Origin: an uncultured Gammaproteobacteria bacterium
GTDB taxonomy: Bacteria > Pseudomonadota > Gammaproteobacteria > Arenicellales > JAANXG01
Direction of reading: 5' to 3'
DNA length: 51,350 bases
Assembly (NCBI GenBank): GCA_945787105.1
Contig: CALZGZ010000225.1
Coordinates: 1-51,350, forward strand
Shown piece after piece: positions 46,222 to 51,350 of the stretch (its first letter is position 1; every line of letters starts with the position of its first letter). The notes under the pieces were generated by a model. The model saw only the letters and a list, made by a program, of their open reading frames with translations, was not told the DNA's origin and made no database searches. Position numbers and translations under genes: made by a program.

Positions 46222-46800
46222 ATGAGATCACTGGGAAAAATTTTCGCTTTTACTGTAGTGATTGCACTGGTCGGCGCGGTATTTTATTTCATATACCAGG
46301 GGGCACTGGTCACCTGGCAGTTTGTCGATGTGCTGGAACCCGCCACCAAGGTTGTGCTACTTACTTCAGCCATTACCGCCGTGGTGGTAGCGTTTATCAT
46401 CGTTTACGGCCTGCGCTCTTCCGCTGCAATAAACCAGAAAGCAGCGCTGTCCGAACGGCGATACGAGTTGTACGTCAATATGATCGCCAGTCTTCGTGGG
46501 CTACTCGATGAAAATGGTTCTCCGACTCAGAAGAACGAGCTAAGCGATTTCCTGAAAGCCTGCAATGCGGAATTCCTGATGCTTGCGAGCGGTTCTACTG
46601 TAAAGGCGTATCTGGCCTTGCAACAAGTGATGGATGCCGAAGACAGGCGTTTGCCCTTGAATTGTCTGGAGGTAATGTGGAAAAAGATGCGCAAGGATCT
46701 AGGCGTTGACGACAATTTCGAGATATTCAATCCCGAAGAACTAACAGGCTTGTTGCCCGACGCCACGAGCCTCAAACTGCATCGGCATGCAGAGGCCTGA
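46222..46800 (+). CDS. Membrane protein with two N-terminal TM helices (192 aa)
   Basis: AAGGAG SD; hydrophobic segments IFAFTVVIALVGAVFYFIY and VVLLTSAITAVVVAFIIVYGL. Confidence 0.8.
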   Translation: MRSLGKIFAFTVVIALVGAVFYFIYQGALVTWQFVDVLEPATKVVLLTSAITAVVVAFIIVYGLRSSAAINQKAALSERRYELYVNMIASLRGLLDENGSPTQKNELSDFLKACNAEFLMLASGSTVKAYLALQQVMDAEDRRLPLNCLEVMWKKMRKDLGVDDNFEIFNPEELTGLLPDATSLKLHRHAEA

Positions 46801-46806
46801 GAGTAA

Positions 46807-49134
46807 ATGACGTCGGTAGAAAGTGCCTGCATGTTGACGCTGGGAATATATAGCGATGGTGAGCATGAAGCCCTGTTGGCTTCTGTAAAGGAATTGCGAA
46901 ATTTTGCCGATGATATCGAGATAATTTTGCTCGGCAGCCAGGCGCTCCCGGACTCCAGTCGTTTTCAGGTTTTGGCCGAGTTGCCGCAATTGCTGATTGG
47001 CCAAAACGATGGAGCTCCGGCAGCATTCAATCGACTCGCCGGATATCGCGAACAGGGCGATATCCTGTTCCTCGAGGCCGGAACTATTCTGGTAGATGAA
47101 TGCCTGGCACGATTACGACAGGCCATCGCCGCTAGTGTCGGGGCGGCACTGGCGGGACCGAGTACCAATCGTGTATGGAACGAACAGTGCCTAGCGGAAG
47201 CGCCGCATCCGGGAGCATCGACTTCGAGACTCAACGTCTTTGCCAGGACTCTCGAAAAACGCTATGGCGATGCGAACGTATCTTTGGCCCCGCTGTATTC
47301 ACTGTCCGATTTCTGCCTACTGGTAAAACGAGAGGTGATCGAGACTATTGGGGGAGCGGACGAGTCCTACGCCAAGGGGCCGTGCTGGGAAATGGATTAC
47401 AATATTCGCGCTGCCCGCTCTGGATTCGAGGGTGCCTGGGTCAAGGCTGCCTATGCCCACCGGCGTTCGGAATCCAGAATCCGAGCCCGCAATGAAGCAG
47501 CTCTGTTTCAGCGCAACAAGCAACTTTACCAGAGAAAATTCTGTGCGCGACAACAACATGGCGGTCACGCTGTTTTCCGTAATCATTGTCGCGGGGATAG
47601 CTGCCCCAATTTCGCCCATCCTCGTCCGCATGACCAACATGGGCCGTTGCCCGTTGATAAAACGATAGCTGTGCCACAATCCGCAGATTCACCTCTGATC
47701 TCCTGTATTATGCCGACACGTAACCGGCAGAAATTTGTTGGCAGCGCAATCGCTAACTTTCTGGCACAAGATTACTTGTACAAGGAACTGATTGTCGTCG
47801 ATGACGGTGATGAAGCGGTGCGGGACCTGGTGTCCGATCATCCGCAAGTTCGCTATTTCCGGTTAGAGGGAACTCATTCCACAGGTTACAAGCGGAATTT
47901 CGCCAACAAACAGGCCATTGGACAGTTGATTGCCCACTGGGATGACGACGACTGTTATCCCCGCTGGCGTCTATCGACCCAACAACGCGTTTTCGAAAAT
48001 TCCCGAGTGCAACTCGCTGGAACCAGCTGTTTATATTTTGTGGATCTACAGAAAGACGATATCTGGCTGTATAGCTATCTCGGTACAGCAGGCACCTGGG
48101 TCTCGGGTAATTCCATGATGTATCGCAAGGATTTCTGGCAGCGGCACCGGTTCGAGAATATTCGTATAGGCGAAGATTCACGTTTTTGTCTGCGCGCCAA
48201 TGGATCAATTCACGATATGAAAGATCCGATGCTGGGTATTGCTACTATTCACGACGGCAATACCTCCAAGCGCCAAACCGCCAGCCGTGCCTGGCGCAAG
48301 GTAGATTCAGATGCGGTTCGAATTCAGCTGGATCAGCATTTTGCTCGGGAAGTAAATGCCTCTGAAAAGGTTTCAGTCAGCAAGCCTCTCGTCTCCTGCA
48401 TTATGCCTACCTATAATCGCCGGGCTTTTATCCCAATGGCGCTGGATAATTTTTTAAGCCAGGATTATCCGGTGAAGGAATTGATAGTCGTCGATGACGG
48501 CACGGAAAATGTCGCCGACCTTTTTGAAGACTTGGACCAGGTAAAGTACATACGCATTCCCCGAAAAATTTCGATCGGCGAAAAACGCAATATTGCTGTC
48601 GAAGCAGCGGCTGGTGAATATATCGCTCACTGGGATGACGACGACTGGTATGCAGCTGACAGATTGTCACACCAGATGCAACCTCTATTGGATAATAGAT
48701 GTGATATTAACGGCCTGGAAAATACTGTCCTGCTAACTCTGGACCGGCTGGAATTCTGGGGCACTAACGAGAAGCTGCGCAAGCGCATGTTTGTCGGTGA
48801 TGTGATTGGTGGAACGCTAGTTTACCGCAGGACATTCTGGACCAAAGGCGCTCGCTACCCTTTGACTAACCTGGCAGAAGACGCCGCATTCCTAAAAGAT
48901 GTGCTGGCAATGAATGGTCGTTTAATGAATTTGGAGAACAACAATAGGTTTATTTATGTTCGACATAAAACTAATACCTGGGAATTTAAAATTGGAGAAT
49001 TCATCGATCGAAACGGGTGGTTTCGAATCGAGTCACCAGAGTTGCATCATGTTCTTCAAAAATACAGGAAGCTAATGGCTGACGGGAATCAGCGTACTAT
49101 GATTGAATCAAATGGATCAGTTCATGTTCCTTGA
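46807..49134 (+). CDS. Triple-domain GT2 family glycosyltransferase (775 aa)
   Basis: Two copies of SCIMPT-NR...ELIVVDDG...G-KRN...IAHWDDDD, plus an N-terminal GT2-like domain (ILFLEAG, FCLLVKREV...IGGADE, EMDY). Confidence 0.9.
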   Translation: MTSVESACMLTLGIYSDGEHEALLASVKELRNFADDIEIILLGSQALPDSSRFQVLAELPQLLIGQNDGAPAAFNRLAGYREQGDILFLEAGTILVDECLARLRQAIAASVGAALAGPSTNRVWNEQCLAEAPHPGASTSRLNVFARTLEKRYGDANVSLAPLYSLSDFCLLVKREVIETIGGADESYAKGPCWEMDYNIRAARSGFEGAWVKAAYAHRRSESRIRARNEAALFQRNKQLYQRKFCARQQHGGHAVFRNHCRGDSCPNFAHPRPHDQHGPLPVDKTIAVPQSADSPLISCIMPTRNRQKFVGSAIANFLAQDYLYKELIVVDDGDEAVRDLVSDHPQVRYFRLEGTHSTGYKRNFANKQAIGQLIAHWDDDDCYPRWRLSTQQRVFENSRVQLAGTSCLYFVDLQKDDIWLYSYLGTAGTWVSGNSMMYRKDFWQRHRFENIRIGEDSRFCLRANGSIHDMKDPMLGIATIHDGNTSKRQTASRAWRKVDSDAVRIQLDQHFAREVNASEKVSVSKPLVSCIMPTYNRRAFIPMALDNFLSQDYPVKELIVVDDGTENVADLFEDLDQVKYIRIPRKISIGEKRNIAVEAAAGEYIAHWDDDDWYAADRLSHQMQPLLDNRCDINGLENTVLLTLDRLEFWGTNEKLRKRMFVGDVIGGTLVYRRTFWTKGARYPLTNLAEDAAFLKDVLAMNGRLMNLENNNRFIYVRHKTNTWEFKIGEFIDRNGWFRIESPELHHVLQKYRKLMADGNQRTMIESNGSVHVP

Positions 49135-49289
49135 ATATTGATCCCGCCGGTCATCCAGACGATTTTGATTTTAGGGAAAGCGAAAATAAATTGGTGCATT
49201 GAATCTCCGTAGTGGACTATTCGCTGAAAATTCACTGTTAATAACTTACGGACAGCAAAACACTAGGTCTAACTATATGATATTTATAT

Positions 49290-49339
49290 TGTTGAATTGC
49301 ATCCAAATTTGACCTTGAATTTGCATCGGATATTGACCC
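49290..49339. mobile_element. IS21-family-like terminal remnant (TG end with two internal direct repeats)
   Basis: TGTTGAATTGCATCCAAATTTGACC followed by TTGAATTTGCATCGGATATTGACCC, resembling IS21 end architecture; no istA/istB seen. Confidence 0.5.
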
Positions 49340-49423
49340 GGATTGCTTCGCTAAATCATTACTGTACCAGTGCTCCAATCAGATAAGGTGGGTCAAAGCA
49401 TAGTGCAAAAATAGCTCCAATTT

Positions 49424-49469
49424 GGGGTGCTGGGGACATCCCCGCCAGAATTCGCACAGCACGCTGTAA
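49424..49469 (+). mobile_element. Tn3-family (Tn4651/Tn4652-like) 46-bp terminal inverted repeat
   Basis: GGGGTGCTGG...GCTGTAA is 46 bp and lies just upstream of a Tn3 transposase fragment. Similarity to Tn4651-type IRs is from recall. Confidence 0.5.
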
Positions 49470-49561
49470 CCCGCGGCTGCCGGGGCCTCCAGAGGTGCAT
49501 TGGTTTTCCTAAGTGGGCTGGATTGACTATTTATTGCACATATTAGGCTACTATTAGCCAT

Positions 49562-49843
49562 TTGGGGTCCCAAATTAGCGAAAGCAGCAAGCGCCTCTCC
49601 ATTTTACTTGATTCTGAGATTAATGATTTTTATAGCCCTCCCAAGCTAACGCCTGAGCAAAGACGTCTTTACTTTTCGCTGAATGATGTAGAGCTAGAGA
49701 TGTTTCGCACATTAAAAGACCGCTACAGCAGCGTCTATTTTGTGCTGTTACTGGGCTATTTCAAAATCAAACCCGTTGTTCTCAATTTTTTTTTCGCAAG
49801 TGAGGGACGACTTCAGATTCGTTGCGTCGGAATATTATCCTAG
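49562..49843 (+). pseudogene. Tn3-family transposase N-terminal (DUF4158-like) fragment
   Basis: KRLSILLDSEINDFYSPPKLT-EQRRLYFSL...LLGYFKIKP. The sequence degenerates at a T9 run (49786-49794) and is cut off at CTAG 49840-49843. Confidence 0.75.
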
Positions 49844-50183
49844 GGAATCTCTGATTTATTAATCATTTCGTTCATAATACAATTTATCGAATCACACGTG
49901 CTAGAGGATAATGGAATACGCCAAAAGACCCTTGCCGATGAAGGCTTCGAACGTTTTCGCAAACCCACTCGTCGAGATCAGTTTCTCGCTGAAATGGAAG
50001 CCGTAATCGCCTGGTCAGAGCTGTGCAACGTCATCAAGCCATTTTATCCCCAATCCAAAGGGGCTGGTCGTCCGCCGGTCGGGCTAGAACGGATGCTGCG
50101 CATTCATTTTTTACAACATTGGTTTAACCTCTCCGACCCTGCGGCTGAAGAAGCGCTGTATGACTCACGCGCCATGCGCCGCA
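49844..50183 (+). pseudogene. Truncated IS5-family element (left end plus transposase N-terminus)
   Basis: Begins right after CTAG. Encodes RKPTRRDQFLAEME...GRPPVGLERMLRIHFLQHWFNLSDPAAEEALYDSRAMRR. The expected start codon appears as ATA and the DDE domain is absent. Confidence 0.8.
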
Positions 50184-50258
50184 GTAGAAAACTGTTGGGG
50201 CGCCCTATGCTTGACTTAAGCACCATGGATAGATGCTCGCACACAGGGAGAGAAGCAC

Positions 50259-50498
50259 ATGCAAGACTTCATCAGCACAACAGCTAGCCTCACCACCTCA
50301 GTTGATATCATAGATGCGATTACCTACATTGCACCCGACGAGGAAGAAGCGGTGAGGATTTGGGACGAGTCCACCCGTCAAGAAGTAATCGCAATTTGGC
50401 TGCTCGTGATGCGAGATGGCGAAATTTCCAGCGATAATTGTTTCTGGGGTGCGTTAGGCACATGTTGGGGCGATGAAATAGAGGCTATTGATAATTAA
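50259..50498 (+). CDS. YccJ-like small acidic protein
   Basis: ASLTTSVDIIDAI..IAPDEEEAVRIWDE...FWG parallels the YccJ pattern (recalled); GGGAG SD. Confidence 0.5.
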   Translation: MQDFISTTASLTTSVDIIDAITYIAPDEEEAVRIWDESTRQEVIAIWLLVMRDGEISSDNCFWGALGTCWGDEIEAIDN

Positions 50499-50574
50499 CT
50501 CTCATCGGGAGCACTATATACAATTTACGAAATAATTGGGGAATGCTAGCGGCATGCCATAGTGCACAGGGACA

Positions 50575-51276
50575 TTATATCCGCAGCATCACTTCACCCG
50601 ATTTTCTCTCAATTAAAACCTGTGCCGCCTCCGTTCGGTAGGTCAGATAACATAGTTGTCGTGGACTGGTTAATACGTGCGAATTAAAGACAGCATAATT
50701 TAATCCTTTACAACGTGCAGAGCGGCTAATCAAACCAGGATGACCATCGTGATTCATTCGTGCACCTATCTGATGAGTAAGGTGATAACTGCTTGAATCG
50801 ATCAGCACCGGGAACTCATCAATTTTTGAAATAAAGTCGAGTAGGGCGACATCACAGCGTACTAAATAAACTTTCCGTTCAATTACGACACCGTCGATAT
50901 TCTGCCAATCGACATCCTCAAGAAAACCCCTGCGCCAATGATGGACGGTCTCATAGATGCTTGTTACCAGTGAATCTGCGCCATACCAAACACCGAAAGA
51001 GCCATCACAATACCGTGTCATCGACCAATGCTCGAAGGGATATTTGATGGCTTCATTGTAGGCTGCTTCTTCAAATGGCCGATCAATCACCGGCTGATCC
51101 GAAAGATAGGTGTGGGGTTTTGTGGCCATCTCAAGATCGGTCGCTGCCTGCCATCCTTCTGGGGTGTCGGTCAGGTCGTCGTAAAGATTCTGGGACTCCC
51201 ACAGTGACACGATGTTGCGGTGCATGTCATCATGAAAATCAGTAATCGTCAGCCCATTAAATAAGTCTTCGATCAT
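50575..51276 (-). CDS. RES-domain NAD+-phosphorylase-type toxin
   Basis: HRNI, TRYCDGSFGVWYG...SIYETVHH and GLISRSAR...NYAVFN (R, E, S residues); ATGA overlap with the upstream antitoxin. Confidence 0.88.
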   Translation of the reverse strand: MIEDLFNGLTITDFHDDMHRNIVSLWESQNLYDDLTDTPEGWQAATDLEMATKPHTYLSDQPVIDRPFEEAAYNEAIKYPFEHWSMTRYCDGSFGVWYGADSLVTSIYETVHHWRRGFLEDVDWQNIDGVVIERKVYLVRCDVALLDFISKIDEFPVLIDSSSYHLTHQIGARMNHDGHPGLISRSARCKGLNYAVFNSHVLTSPRQLCYLTYRTEAAQVLIERKSGEVMLRI

Positions 51277-51350
51277 TGGCCTCTAGCTTTATCCAGATAG
51301 GAACGTACCATCAACAAACCCGGGAACCCCCATTGCTTAATCGCTTCAGC
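51273..51350 (-). CDS. C-terminus of an Xre/MbcA/ParS-type antitoxin (truncated by the window edge)
   Basis: Minus-strand frame AEAIKQWGFPGLLMVRSYLDKARGQ-stop; its stop overlaps the RES start codon. Confidence 0.8.
   Translation of the reverse strand, partial: AEAIKQWGFPGLLMVRSYLDKARGQ

Larger units (their letters stand above)
7229..49134 (+). other. Extracellular contractile injection system (eCIS) gene cluster
   Basis: Cap DUF4255 + Afp15 ATPase + sheath/tube/baseplate set, with no capsid, terminase or T6SS TssJLM/ClpV genes. Confidence 0.95.

Noticed and set aside
46222-46800. Holin call for the 2-TM protein
   Set aside because: It has a large soluble helical C-domain, no holin motif and no endolysin partner; there is no support beyond the TM helices.
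50184-50287. C-terminal extension of the IS5 ORF (49898-50287)
   Set aside because: Transposase similarity stops after AMRR; the remainder is read-through into unrelated sequence.
50575-51276. RES protein as an eCIS cargo toxin
   Set aside because: It is on the opposite strand, separated by IS debris, and translationally coupled to an Xre/MbcA-type antitoxin, so it is an ordinary type II TA pair.

Overview
The window is dominated by a complete, co-directional (+ strand) extracellular contractile injection system (eCIS; Afp/PVC-like phage-tail nanomachine) at about 7229-49134. It encodes a DUF4255 cap, two sheaths, two tubes, a tube initiator, a small plug-like ORF missed by the ORF track, a split hub/spike, gp25, baseplate J, a tail-I-like wedge, two fibre-like proteins, a tape measure and an AAA+ ATPase. 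Downstream are two DUF4157 polymorphic effectors (a nuclease-type tip and a second-HExxH metalloprotease-type tip), a probable immunity protein, a membrane protein and a triple-GT2 glycosyltransferase. Unusual traits: no recognisable PAAR or holin/endolysin, a 704-aa Cys-rich C-terminally hydrophobic protein in the PAAR position, Fn3-like inserts in sheath 2, and a Sec-exported outer-membrane beta-barrel protein embedded in the operon. Upstream lie an atypical orphan NarL/LuxR regulator and a divergent three-gene cassette (membrane-anchored Q/N-rich peptide, TPR-CHAT caspase-like protease, small hydrophobic partner) that looks like a protease-triggered membrane/death module. The block is flanked by an ICE-type STY4528-like replication gene on the left, and by IS21/Tn3/IS5 scars and a RES-Xre toxin-antitoxin pair on the right, suggesting mobile cargo. 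All family calls come from motif recognition by eye, without database searches.
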